Notes under the pieces: generated by a model
What the model was told of the DNA's origin: nothing
The model's input: the letters and a program-made list of their open reading frames with translations, nothing else
Databases searched by the model: none
Shown: piece by piece, positions 8,766-17,703 of the stretch
How the letters are laid out: each line of letters starts with the position of its first letter
Numbering within the stretch: the first letter of the stretch is position 1
Source of the DNA: an uncultured Bifidobacteriaceae bacterium
Lineage (GTDB): Bacteria > Actinomycetota > Actinomycetes > S36-B12 > CAIYMF01
DNA length: 64,000 nucleotides
NCBI GenBank assembly: GCA_964638055.1
Contig: CAZWXF010000001.1
Location: forward strand, 63,115-127,114
Direction of reading: 5' to 3'
Translations under genes and position numbers: made by a program

Positions 8766-10331
8766 TCAGGCCCTGCCGATGACCTGCGCGACGATCTCGG
8801 CGGAGAGCCCGACCATCGCCAGGCCCGGGCCCGGGTGGGTCGCGGCACCGACGAGGAAGAGGCCCGGGATCGCTGTGACGTTGCTTGGCCGGCGGCGCAG
8901 TGCATCGGCGGTCAGGGGCTCACCGAGCAGCGCCCCGCCGGGCATGCCGGTGGCCCGCTCCTGGTCTGCGGGGGTGTGGATCTCCCGGTGGCGGATCCGG
9001 CCTGAGAGGTCGGTGCCGCGATCGGCGAGGAGGCGCAGGACGCGGTCGGCCTGCTTCGTCGCGACGCCCGGGGCGTCCCAGTCCATCGTCGCGGGCTGGC
9101 GTCCGCCCGGGCTGTGCGGCGAGACGTCGACGTGGACCGTCCAGGCCTGCAGCCCCGCGGGATGCATCTGGGGGTCGGCGGGAACGTGGGCCCGGATGAC
9201 GGGGTCGGGATCGGGGGCGTCCGCGATCCTGGCGTGCCTCGACGACCGGCGCGCTGGGTCGACGGGAAGCCACACGTGCTCCCACGCTGGCCCCAGCGGT
9301 GGGGGTCCCCAGGTCGAGAGCATCAGGGTCAGCCGGCCGGGTGGCGCAGGCGGGCCGGTCCGGCGGAGGGCCGGGGCGGTGCGTCCCACCAGGCGGGCGG
9401 GGCGGGGTGCTGACCGGGGGGGCGGGTGCGGGGATGCCGTGCCCGGGGGCGCGGCATCGGGGGGGAGCAGTCCCCACACGGCGCTGGTCGAGGGAAGGTC
9501 GGCGACCACCACGTCAGCGGGCAGCCGGGAGGTCGTCGCGCCATCGGTGACCACGACACCGGTGACGCGGCCTGCCGCGAGCTCGATGCGCAGGGCCCGG
9601 GTGCCCAGGAGGACGCGGACCTCCCGCTGGCACACCCGGTCGTGCAGGGCCTGGGCGAGCCGGTGCATGCCGCCCCTGATGTGCCATGCGCCGAACGTCG
9701 CCGCCAGGTAGGGGCCCAGCACTGCGGCCGCCGTGGCGGACCGGGGATCCATCGGTAGGGGGAGTGACCGGTCGGCCATCACGGCACGGGCCCGGGGGTC
9801 GGTCAGGCTGCGCGTGAGGAGGTCCTGCAGGGTGGGTGGCCGGCGTCCGGGGTCGGTGGGGTTGAGCAGGGCGTCGAGCGCGGCAGCGGTCCGAGGAGCT
9901 GGGCCGGTCAGTCCACCGCGCACGAGTGCCCAGGTCGCGGCGGCGTGGGCCATCACCTCCTGCCATTCGGCGGCGCTGGCCGGCCCCAGGGCCTCGCCGA
10001 CGGCCGCTGCGGTCGCCCCCACTCCCGCTCCGGGCAGCTCCAGGTGCGTCCCGTCGGCGAAGTGGTAGTGAGCGGCCGGCTCCAGGGGCACGAGCTCCAC
10101 CTCGTCCTCCAGGGGGCCGCCGGTCTTGAGGAAGAGGTCGCGGTACACGGCGGGGAGGGTCAGGGCCGTTGGCCCCAGCTCGAAGGTGCACCCGTCCCGT
10201 TCGACGGCTCGGACCTGACCGCCCGGAGTCGTCGACGTCTCGACGAGAGTGACGTCGTGGCGCTTCACGGCCAGCCGTGCGGCGACGGCCATCCCACCCA
10301 GCCCGGCGCCGATGACGACGATCCTGGCCAT
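8766..10331 (-). CDS. Phytoene-desaturase-family (CrtI-like) FAD-dependent oxidoreductase
   Basis: The N-terminus has the dinucleotide-binding motif MARIVVIGAGLGGMAVAARL...LVETSTTPGG. The C-terminus has GLFLVGAATHPGPGL. There is an internal Pro/Arg-rich insertion. Confidence 0.75.
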   Translation of the reverse strand: MARIVVIGAGLGGMAVAARLAVKRHDVTLVETSTTPGGQVRAVERDGCTFELGPTALTLPAVYRDLFLKTGGPLEDEVELVPLEPAAHYHFADGTHLELPGAGVGATAAAVGEALGPASAAEWQEVMAHAAATWALVRGGLTGPAPRTAAALDALLNPTDPGRRPPTLQDLLTRSLTDPRARAVMADRSLPLPMDPRSATAAAVLGPYLAATFGAWHIRGGMHRLAQALHDRVCQREVRVLLGTRALRIELAAGRVTGVVVTDGATTSRLPADVVVADLPSTSAVWGLLPPDAAPPGTASPHPPPRSAPRPARLVGRTAPALRRTGPPAPPGRLTLMLSTWGPPPLGPAWEHVWLPVDPARRSSRHARIADAPDPDPVIRAHVPADPQMHPAGLQAWTVHVDVSPHSPGGRQPATMDWDAPGVATKQADRVLRLLADRGTDLSGRIRHREIHTPADQERATGMPGGALLGEPLTADALRRRPSNVTAIPGLFLVGAATHPGPGLAMVGLSAEIVAQVIGRA

Positions 10332-10385
10332 CTTCGGCGCCCTCCAGCGGTCGAGGGACGATCCACAGGGATCGGATCAGCGGGG

Positions 10386-10415
10386 TTGACGTCTGTCAGT
10401 GGCCCGGCGTAACCT
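10386..10415 (+). promoter_or_regulatory. DNA-damage promoter: TTGACG -35, a RecA-NDp (PafBC-type) element and a TAACCT -10
   Basis: TTGACG (10386-10391) is followed by an 18-nt spacer and TAACCT (10410-10415). Inside the spacer, cTGTCAGTG (10393-10401), 8 nt and TAACCT match the mycobacterial RecA-independent DNA-damage promoter consensus tTGTCRgtg-N8-TAnnnT. Confidence 0.65.
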
Positions 10416-10424
10416 ACGGATAGT

Positions 10425-10440
10425 TCGAACACCAGTTCGA
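10425..10440. promoter_or_regulatory. LexA SOS box
   Basis: TCGAAC-ACCA-GTTCGA matches the actinobacterial LexA consensus TCGAAC-N4-GTTCGA exactly. It lies about 10 nt downstream of the -10 hexamer, so it overlaps the expected TSS. Confidence 0.8.
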
Positions 10441-10597
10441 ACTCTGGTTCCGAGTCCCCGGCCCTTGGATCCAGGGCTGGGATCGGCCTGCGGTTGCGGG
10501 GGAAGCGCGACTGCGGGCCGATCCTGCCACACCGTCGTCTTCCCCGGCGATGCCGATCAGGACGCAGCCCGTCCGCGGACTCCGAGGAAGGACTCCC

Positions 10598-10903
10598 ATG
10601 AGCCGTACCTACGAAGAACCCATCGACGTCCGGCGCTCCGGCGCCATCCCACCGACGGACCGGCCGGTCCAGTTCCTCTGGCGTGGCCGGCTCTACGTGG
10701 TCAGGGACGTGATCTCGCACTGGATCGAGTCGGCCCCGTGGTGGGGCGGATCAAGGCGGGCCCTCGAGGGGGAGATACCAGCGCACGAACACGAGGTCTG
10801 GCGGGTGGAGGCCCAGGCCGGGCGCAGCGACAGCGCAGGCGTCTACGACCTGCGTCGGGACATGGCCGCGGACCGCTGGGTCCTGGCCCGGGCGATGGAC
10901 TGA
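10598..10903 (+). CDS. Small conserved protein, DUF6504-like
   Basis: I chose ATG 10598 because a GGAAGGA RBS precedes it; the track ORF starts at 10550. The sequence PVQFLWRGRLYVVRDVISHWIE..WW...EVWRVEA...GVYDL is what I recognise as the DUF6504 family that precedes SAV_6107-type HEPN genes. Confidence 0.7.
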   Translation: MSRTYEEPIDVRRSGAIPPTDRPVQFLWRGRLYVVRDVISHWIESAPWWGGSRRALEGEIPAHEHEVWRVEAQAGRSDSAGVYDLRRDMAADRWVLARAMD

Positions 10904-10910
10904 TGATGAG

Positions 10911-11333
10911 ATGAGCGTGACGTCGACCAACCCGCCCCTCTCGTACCAGACCCGCGATCTCCTCGGCTCGGCGGCTCGTGGCCTCCTGGAGGCCCACGCG
11001 AGCCCCGATCCGTCTCGGCGGTACGCCTTGGCGCACCTGTCCGCGTTGCGAGCAGCCGCCGCGGTGCTGGCGGCCCGAGCCCACCCGGGCAACCGGGCTC
11101 GTATCCGCAGCGTGTGGGCGGTGCTGCCGACGGTGGCCCCCCAGCTGCAGGAGTGGTCAGCCTTCTTCGCCGCCAACGCCGGCAAGCGGGCGGCCGCGGA
11201 TGCCGGCCTTCCTGTGGTGAGCCACCGCGAGGCCGACGACCTGATCCGCGACGCGGAGACGTTCCTGGCCGAGGTCGCATCCCTCATCGGACGCGACTTC
11301 CAGGTGACCCTCCCGGATCGGCGCGTGGGGTGA
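10911..11333 (+). CDS. SAV_6107-family HEPN-domain-like protein
   Basis: The protein looks helical, contains RYALAH (an Rx4H arrangement) and ends in a helix SHREADDLIRDAETFLAEV that is typical of HEPN domains. It starts 8 nt after the previous gene and ends 3 nt before the polymerase gene. Confidence 0.65.
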   Translation: MSVTSTNPPLSYQTRDLLGSAARGLLEAHASPDPSRRYALAHLSALRAAAAVLAARAHPGNRARIRSVWAVLPTVAPQLQEWSAFFAANAGKRAAADAGLPVVSHREADDLIRDAETFLAEVASLIGRDFQVTLPDRRVG

Positions 11334-11336
11334 CCC

Positions 11337-14300
11337 ATGGCTCGGTTCGTCCACCTGCATGTGGCCTCCGGGTACTCGATGCGCTACGGGACCGCCCGGC
11401 CGGAGGACCTTGTGGCGCAGGCTGCCGCGATGGGCCAGGAGGCGCTAGCCCTGACAGACCGGGACGGCGCCTACGGGGCCGTCGCCTTCGCCCTGGCGTG
11501 CCGTCAGGCCGGGATCGCACCGATCCTCGGCGCAGACCTGGCCACCGCCGCCCAGCTCTCGGCCGGCCGATCCACGGGACGCGCCGGAGGCGGACGCTCT
11601 GCGTCACCGCCGCGGACCCCGGTCCGGGGTGGGGCCTCGGTCGATCCGGGGCATCCCCGCCTGGTGCTGCTGGCCATCGGGGCGCCGGGGTGGGCTTCGC
11701 TCAGCAGGGTCATCTCGGCCGCACACCTCTCGGGCGAGCGCGGGCAGCCGGTCGTGTCCGGCGCGATGCTCGCCGAGCGCTCGCGGGGGCTGGCCGCCCT
11801 CATCGGCCCGGACTCCGACGTGGGCAGGGCGCTGGCCCGGCGCCGGCCGGACGAGGCCGCGCGGCTGCTCGCGGGGTGGCGTGAGGTGCTCGGGGCGGGC
11901 GTCCGGATCGAGGTGGTGTCCCACCGCAGCCAGGCTCGTGGGGATCGGCCCGCCTGGTCTGCCGCGTTCGCGGCCCGGATGGTGGACCTCGCCCGGCAGT
12001 GCGGCGTCCCGGCGGTGCTGACCAACGCGGTGCGTCACCTGACCCCGGAGCAGGCCCCCGTGGCGGACGTCCTGGACGCGATCCGGCGGCTGGTGCCGCT
12101 GGCCCCGCGGCACCTCGATCGGGCCAACGCCCAGGGCTATCTCAAGGATGCCGACTCGATGGCCGAGGTGGCCCGCGAGATCGCCGAGGCCGGGGGAGCG
12201 GGGGCGGGGTCGGCCAGCAGGCTGCTCGACGCGACGCTCGAGCTCGCCGACTCCTGTCGGATGGACCCGGCGCGGGACCTGGGCATCGGGTCGGTCCATG
12301 TCCCCGAGCTGGACGTGCTGTTCCCGCAGGGAGCCGCAGGACTCCCGCCGGGTCCCCTGCCGACGGCGACCGGAGCCCAGGCGCGGATGGCCGACCGCGT
12401 GCTGCGACACAGGTGCCAGGGCGCGCTCGATGCGCGCTTCGCAGCGCGCTGGGAGCACAGGGCGGCCACCGAGAGGCTCGAGGAGGAGCTGGCGACCATC
12501 GCCACGCTCGGGTACGGCGGGTACTTCCTTACCGTCGCGGAGGTGGTGGACATGATCCGTGGGATGGGGGTCCGGGTCGCCGCCCGCGGCTCCGGTGCAG
12601 GCAGCCTGGTGAACCACCTGCTCGGGATCTCGGTGGTCGACCCGCTGGAGCACGGGCTGATCATGGAGCGGTTCCTCTCCCCGCTGCGGCAGGCCCTGCC
12701 CGACGTGGACATCGACGTGGAGTCCGCCCGCCGCACCGAGATCTACACCCGGCTGCTCGCCCGGTTCGGTGGCCAGCGCTGCGTGGCGGTCTCGATGATG
12801 GACACCTACCGGGTCCGCCACGCGATCCGCGACGTGGGCGCTGCGCTCGGCCTGCCTCCCGGGGAGATCGACGCCTTCGCCAAGGCCTTCCCCCACATCC
12901 GGGCCCGGGACGCCCGGGCGGCGCTCGTGGAGCTGCCCGAGCTGCGCAGCTCCGGACTGGGCAAGCTCGCGGCGCAGGGTCGGTTGGAGGGATTCCTCAG
13001 CCTGGTCGAGGCCCTCGACGGGCTGCCCCGCCACGTCGCCCTGCACCCCTGCGGCGTGCTGCTCAGCGACGCCTCACTGCTGGACCGCACGCCCGTGGAG
13101 GCCAGCTGGATGGGCTTCCCGATGAGCCAGTTCGACAAGGACGCGGTCGAGGAGATGGGCTTCCTCAAGCTGGACGTCCTGGGCATCCGGATGCAGTCGG
13201 CAATGGCCCATGCCCTCGACGAGGTCGTCCGGCTCGGCGAGGAGCCGGTGTCCCTGGACGACCTTCCGCTGGACGATCCCGACACGTTCGCGATGATCCG
13301 CACGACCCATACCCTCGGCTGCTTCCAGATCGAGTCCCCCGGCCAGCGGGAGCTGATCGGGCGCTTCGCCCCGGAGACGTTCGCGGACCTGATCATCGAC
13401 ATCTCGCTGTTCCGGCCGGGGCCGGTCAAGTCCGACATGGTCAACCCCTTCCTGCGCGCCCGGCAGGGATGGTCCCCGGTGGACCTGCCCCATCCGGACC
13501 TGGGTCCCGTGCTCGACCAGACCCACGGCGTGGTGGTGTTCCACGAGCAGGTGATCGGGGTGATCGCCGTCATGAGCGGCTGCAGCCTGGCCGAGGGCGA
13601 CGAGCTGCGCCGCTCGATGGGATCGCCGGAGGGGCAGGCCCAGGTCCGGGCGTGGTTCTACCCACGGGTGCTGGCGCGGGGGTATCCCCTCGAGGTGGTC
13701 GACCGGGTCTGGGAGGTGCTGCGCTCCTTCGCGTCGTTCGGCTTCTGCAAGGCCCATGCCGCTGCGTTCGCGCTGCCCACGTACCAGTCGGCATGGCTCA
13801 AGGCTCACCATCCGGCCGCCTTCCTGGCCGGGGTGCTGACCCACGATCCCGGGATGTACCCGAAGCGCCTGATCCTCGATGATGCCCGCAACCTGGGCAT
13901 CACCATCCTCGGCGTGGACATCAACCGCTCGGGCCCGGTGTACCGGGTCGAGGAGTGGCCGACGCCGTCGGCTCGCCCGACGCTGCCGGGCCTGCCCGAT
14001 GGCAGCCACCACGGCATCCGGATGCCCCTGGCCGAGGTCAAGGGGATCTCCGCGGCCGAGGTGGCGCAGATCGTCGCAGGCCAGCCGTACAGCAGCCTCT
14101 CGGACTTCTGGCACCGGGCCGGAGTCACCGCCCCGGTCGTGGAGAACCTCGTCCTCATCGGCGGCTTCGACTCCGTCTACGGCATCGACCTCGCCAGCGG
14201 TGTCCGGGCGCGCGGCCAGACGACGCGACGGGACCTGCTGCTGGAGGTGGCCGACTGCGACCGGCTCTCCCGGGTCACCCGGGCGCGTCGGGCGGGCAGG

Positions 14301-15428
14301 GCCCGGGGGGCTCGGGCGGGCGGGGTGGGTTCGGTGGCCGGGCCGCAGGCGGGGAGCAGGAGCCCTCTCGGGGCGGACCTGGCAACAGCCTCCCGGGTCG
14401 GCGCGGCGTTCCGAGCCGGTGCTTCCTTCCGAGCCATGGCCCCCCCGACCGGCGGGATCGCCACGGCCGGCGCCGCCCTGGACGAGGAGGAGGTGCTCCG
14501 CAGCTGCGACGCGGTTCAGCCGGCTGGCCTGTCCGATCCCGCGCCACCCCCGCAGGCCTGGTGGGATCCGGCCCGCGCCGCTGCGGCGCAGTCCCAGGCC
14601 CCAGCCCCGGCGCTCGCCGGTCCGGTCCAGCTGGCCATGGACCTGCCCTCGCCGGGATCGGGGTGTGCCAGTGGGCTGCCCGAGATGACCACGGGGGAGA
14701 GCGTCCGCACGGAGCTGGGCATCCTGGGGATGGACGTGAGCCAGCACGTGCTGGACTTCTACGCCCCGATGCTCGCCGACATCGGGGTGGTGCCCGCCCG
14801 TGATCTCCTCGCCCAGCGCAGTCGGCAGGAGGTGTGGGTCGCCGGGGTGAAGGTGGCCACGCAGACCCCACCGATACGCAGCGGGCGCCGGGTGCTCTTC
14901 CTGACGGTCGACGACTCGACCGGTCCCGTGGACGCCACCTTCTTCGAGGACGCCCAGGATCCGTACGCCGCGACCGTCTTCGGTGGCTGGCTGCTGCTGG
15001 TCCGGGGCATCACCCGCCGCACCGGGCCCCGGGGGATATCCCTGCGGGCCACGGGCTGCTGGGATCTCGGCGTGGTCCACGGGATCTGGCAGGCCGGTGG
15101 TCGAGCCGGCGCCTGGGAGTACGTGAGCAGCTTCCCTCGGATCGAGGCTGACGGGCGGCCCACGAAGGTCGCCGACGTCCAGGTGGCGGGCGACCGGGAG
15201 ACGCCGCGGCAGCCGGGCCAGTCCGTGGTCGGCATCGGGCGCCATGCGTCAGGGGGCATGGGCCAGCGGCGACGGGTCCTGGTCCATGCCAGTGGGTTCA
15301 AGCAGTCGCCCTACGCGGACGTCAAGCCGGCAGGGGACGACCCGAGCGGCACCCCGCGGATACCCGAGCAGCCGACCCCCGCTCCCGGTCGGCTCTGGCA
15401 CGCCAGCCAGGGAAGCAGCGGCTGGTGA
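11337..15428 (+). CDS. dnaE2: Error-prone DNA polymerase III alpha-like subunit (DnaE2-like), with a large low-complexity insertion
   Basis: The N-terminus is a PHP domain (FVHLHVASGYSMRYG, LTDRDGAYG). The pol III alpha core is present (DVDIDVES, LKLDVLGIRMQS, GCFQIESPGQRE, FGFCKAHAAAFA). The C-terminus has an OB-fold region and ends in RLWHASQGSSGW. The window also contains a separate replicative dnaE. Confidence 0.85.
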   Translation: MARFVHLHVASGYSMRYGTARPEDLVAQAAAMGQEALALTDRDGAYGAVAFALACRQAGIAPILGADLATAAQLSAGRSTGRAGGGRSASPPRTPVRGGASVDPGHPRLVLLAIGAPGWASLSRVISAAHLSGERGQPVVSGAMLAERSRGLAALIGPDSDVGRALARRRPDEAARLLAGWREVLGAGVRIEVVSHRSQARGDRPAWSAAFAARMVDLARQCGVPAVLTNAVRHLTPEQAPVADVLDAIRRLVPLAPRHLDRANAQGYLKDADSMAEVAREIAEAGGAGAGSASRLLDATLELADSCRMDPARDLGIGSVHVPELDVLFPQGAAGLPPGPLPTATGAQARMADRVLRHRCQGALDARFAARWEHRAATERLEEELATIATLGYGGYFLTVAEVVDMIRGMGVRVAARGSGAGSLVNHLLGISVVDPLEHGLIMERFLSPLRQALPDVDIDVESARRTEIYTRLLARFGGQRCVAVSMMDTYRVRHAIRDVGAALGLPPGEIDAFAKAFPHIRARDARAALVELPELRSSGLGKLAAQGRLEGFLSLVEALDGLPRHVALHPCGVLLSDASLLDRTPVEASWMGFPMSQFDKDAVEEMGFLKLDVLGIRMQSAMAHALDEVVRLGEEPVSLDDLPLDDPDTFAMIRTTHTLGCFQIESPGQRELIGRFAPETFADLIIDISLFRPGPVKSDMVNPFLRARQGWSPVDLPHPDLGPVLDQTHGVVVFHEQVIGVIAVMSGCSLAEGDELRRSMGSPEGQAQVRAWFYPRVLARGYPLEVVDRVWEVLRSFASFGFCKAHAAAFALPTYQSAWLKAHHPAAFLAGVLTHDPGMYPKRLILDDARNLGITILGVDINRSGPVYRVEEWPTPSARPTLPGLPDGSHHGIRMPLAEVKGISAAEVAQIVAGQPYSSLSDFWHRAGVTAPVVENLVLIGGFDSVYGIDLASGVRARGQTTRRDLLLEVADCDRLSRVTRARRAGRARGARAGGVGSVAGPQAGSRSPLGADLATASRVGAAFRAGASFRAMAPPTGGIATAGAALDEEEVLRSCDAVQPAGLSDPAPPPQAWWDPARAAAAQSQAPAPALAGPVQLAMDLPSPGSGCASGLPEMTTGESVRTELGILGMDVSQHVLDFYAPMLADIGVVPARDLLAQRSRQEVWVAGVKVATQTPPIRSGRRVLFLTVDDSTGPVDATFFEDAQDPYAATVFGGWLLLVRGITRRTGPRGISLRATGCWDLGVVHGIWQAGGRAGAWEYVSSFPRIEADGRPTKVADVQVAGDRETPRQPGQSVVGIGRHASGGMGQRRRVLVHASGFKQSPYADVKPAGDDPSGTPRIPEQPTPAPGRLWHASQGSSGW

Positions 15429-15485
15429 TGGCGCGAGAGTGGCCAGCGCACCGGGTGACGGGCACAGGGCGCAGGGGACTGCAGG

Positions 15486-16769
15486 ATGGGGGGCACAGGA
15501 GGGTGGATGAGTCGAAGTCAGATCAACCGGCCGGCGGCTCCGGCGGGATTGGGCGACGACGATCGGGGCTGTCGCATCCTCCACGTGGACATGGACGCGT
15601 TCTACGCCTCGGTGGAGGTGGCGCGGCGCCCGGAGCTGCGTGGACGGCCGATGATCGTCGGGGGGATGGGCAGCCGGGGCGTCGTGCTGGCCGCCACCTA
15701 CGAGGCCCGTCGCCACGGCATCCACTCGGCGATGCCCATGAGTCGTGCCCTGCGCCTCGGACCGCCCGACCTGGTCGTCGTGCAGCCCGACCACGCGCGC
15801 TACGCCCAGGTGTCGGCTGCTGTCATGGAGGTGTTCACCTCGATCACGCCGTTCGTGGAGCCACTGAGCCTCGACGAGGCCTTCCTGGACGTGTCCGGCT
15901 GCCGGCTGACCCACGGCTCGCCGGGCGCGATAGCGGCGAGCATCCGCGATCAGGTCCACGACGAACAGGGCATCACCTGCTCGGTCGGGGTGGCGCCGAC
16001 GAAGTTCGTGGCCAAGCTGGCATCGACCCAGTGCAAGCCGGACGGCCTGCTGGTCGTGCCGGCCGACCAGGTGATCGCCTTCCTGCATCCCATGCCCGTG
16101 GGTGCCCTCTGGGGGGTGGGGGAGCGCACAGAGGAGCAGCTGCACCGCCTCGGCCTGCGCACGGTGGCCGACATCGCCCACACCCCGACCCAGACCCTCG
16201 TCCGCGCTCTGGGCCAGGCAGCGGGTCGCCATCTGGCGGATCTGGCCTGGGGTCGAGACGATCGCGACGTCACGCTGCATCAGCGGGAGCGCAGCGTGGG
16301 GGCCGAGGAGACCTTCGCGCGAGACGTCGACGATCCCGAGATCGTCCTGGCAGAGCTCCTGCGCCTCAGCGAGAAGGTGGGTGGCCGGATGCGACGGGCG
16401 GGGCTGTCGGGCAGCACGGTCACCATCAAGGTCCGGTTCGCCGACTTCAGCACGGTCACCCGATCCCGCCGCCTGCGTGCCTCGACCGCGGTGAGTCGGG
16501 AGATCTTCCATGGAGCTCGGGACCTCTACCTGGCCATGCACCTGGACCGGGCGCGGATACGACTGGTCGGCGTCCGGATGGAGGGGATCGCGCTGGAGGA
16601 GACCGTCGAGACGCAACTCATCCTGGGGGCGCCCGAGCGGGGCTGGCGGGAGGCCGAGCAGGCGGTGGACCGGGTGATCGCGAAGTTCGGCCGGGACACC
16701 GTCCGACATGCCCGCCTGATCCCCGAGAAGGGCCACGCGAGCGGCCATCCTGGGGGCACCCGACCATGA
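15486..16769 (+). CDS. dinB: DNA polymerase IV (Y-family), with catalytic residues present
   Basis: ILHVDMDAFYASVE, LSLDEAFLDVS and CSVGVAPTKFVAKLAS are present. The start may instead be the ATG at 15507 (MSRSQ). Confidence 0.9.
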   Translation: MGGTGGWMSRSQINRPAAPAGLGDDDRGCRILHVDMDAFYASVEVARRPELRGRPMIVGGMGSRGVVLAATYEARRHGIHSAMPMSRALRLGPPDLVVVQPDHARYAQVSAAVMEVFTSITPFVEPLSLDEAFLDVSGCRLTHGSPGAIAASIRDQVHDEQGITCSVGVAPTKFVAKLASTQCKPDGLLVVPADQVIAFLHPMPVGALWGVGERTEEQLHRLGLRTVADIAHTPTQTLVRALGQAAGRHLADLAWGRDDRDVTLHQRERSVGAEETFARDVDDPEIVLAELLRLSEKVGGRMRRAGLSGSTVTIKVRFADFSTVTRSRRLRASTAVSREIFHGARDLYLAMHLDRARIRLVGVRMEGIALEETVETQLILGAPERGWREAEQAVDRVIAKFGRDTVRHARLIPEKGHASGHPGGTRP

Positions 16770-16970
16770 CCGGCCGCAGACCGACCCCGGGCGGGGCCGC
16801 AACCCGAGCGCCCGCATGGCAAGATCAGCGCCGGTGTCCTCGCCTGCAGGGGCGTTCCCTCCCCCGGGCGGGCCCCACAGAGCGTGCCCCGAGTTCCCTT
16901 ATCGGGCAACCCTGCCTATCCTGAGCCTTAGAGGCACCGCGCACGACCGTGAGCCATGTAGGAGGTCACC

Positions 16971-17384
16971 GTGCCACTCTCTGAGCACGAGCAGCGCCTG
17001 CTTGAGCAGATGGAGCGTGCCCTCTACGCAGAGGACCCGAAGTTCGCCACGAGCATGCGCAATCCCCGGGCCGGTGCCGGGGATCGTCGACTTGTCGCCA
17101 TCGGGATCGTCGCGTTCCTCGGAGGCATGGGTCTGCTGGTTGCCGGGGTCGCGACGCGACTGGTTCCCGTGGGAGTCCTCGGCTTCCTGCTGATGCTCGG
17201 CGGCATCTGGCTTGCAGTGGCATCGTTCCGCCCCGGCGGGGCCGCGCCAGCGGCCGGTGCGGCGCCCCAGGGCCACCCGACACCCATCCGCGGGCACTCG
17301 AAGCCGCGACGTTCGTCCCGCGGCTCGATCTCCGAGCGCATGGAGGAGCGATGGCGGCATCGCCGGGAGCGCGGCGACCTCTGA
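16971..17384 (+). CDS. DUF3040-family membrane protein (Rv2169c-like)
   Basis: It begins with GTG preceded by an AGGAGG RBS. The N-terminus reads PLSEHEQRLLEQMERALYAEDPKF, followed by two TM helices. Confidence 0.8.
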   Translation: MPLSEHEQRLLEQMERALYAEDPKFATSMRNPRAGAGDRRLVAIGIVAFLGGMGLLVAGVATRLVPVGVLGFLLMLGGIWLAVASFRPGGAAPAAGAAPQGHPTPIRGHSKPRRSSRGSISERMEERWRHRRERGDL

Positions 17385-17387
17385 CCC

Positions 17388-17703
17388 AGTAGAGACCAGA
17401 GGCGCCGGCCGAGAGGCGCCGGTCGAGCCCAAACGCCGGTCGAGCCCGTCGAGACCAGCGCCCATCGAGCCCAGCGTCGAGCCCAGCGCCGGTCGAACCC
17501 AAACGCCGGTCGAGCCTGTCGAGACCAGCGCCCGTCGAGCCCAGCGCCGCTCGAGCCCAGCGTCGAGCCCAGCGCCGGTCGAGCCCAAACGCCGGTCGAG
17601 CCTGTCGAGACCAGCGCCCGTCGAGCCCAGCGCCGCCAGAGCCCGTCGAGCCCAGCGCCGGTCGAGCCCGTCGAGACCAGCGCCGGTCGAGCCCGTCGGG
17701 TCG
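17388..17703. repeat. Degenerate tandem array of the GTCGAGCCC/GTCGAGACC repeat family (locus A)
   Basis: GTCGAGCC[C/T], GTCGAGACC and AGCGCC(G) modules recur many times, with an 86-bp higher-order period between 17501 and 17587. An inverted copy GTCTCGACGGGCTCGACC lies at 17796-17813. Confidence 0.85.

Noticed and set aside
17388-17703. The possibility that the tandem arrays at 17388, 54501, 56113 and 60003 are CRISPR arrays
   Set aside because: The units are directly adjacent or separated only by degenerate copies of themselves. There are no unique spacers of constant length and no cas genes in the window. The periods (27, 39 and about 86 bp) are pure tandem repeats.
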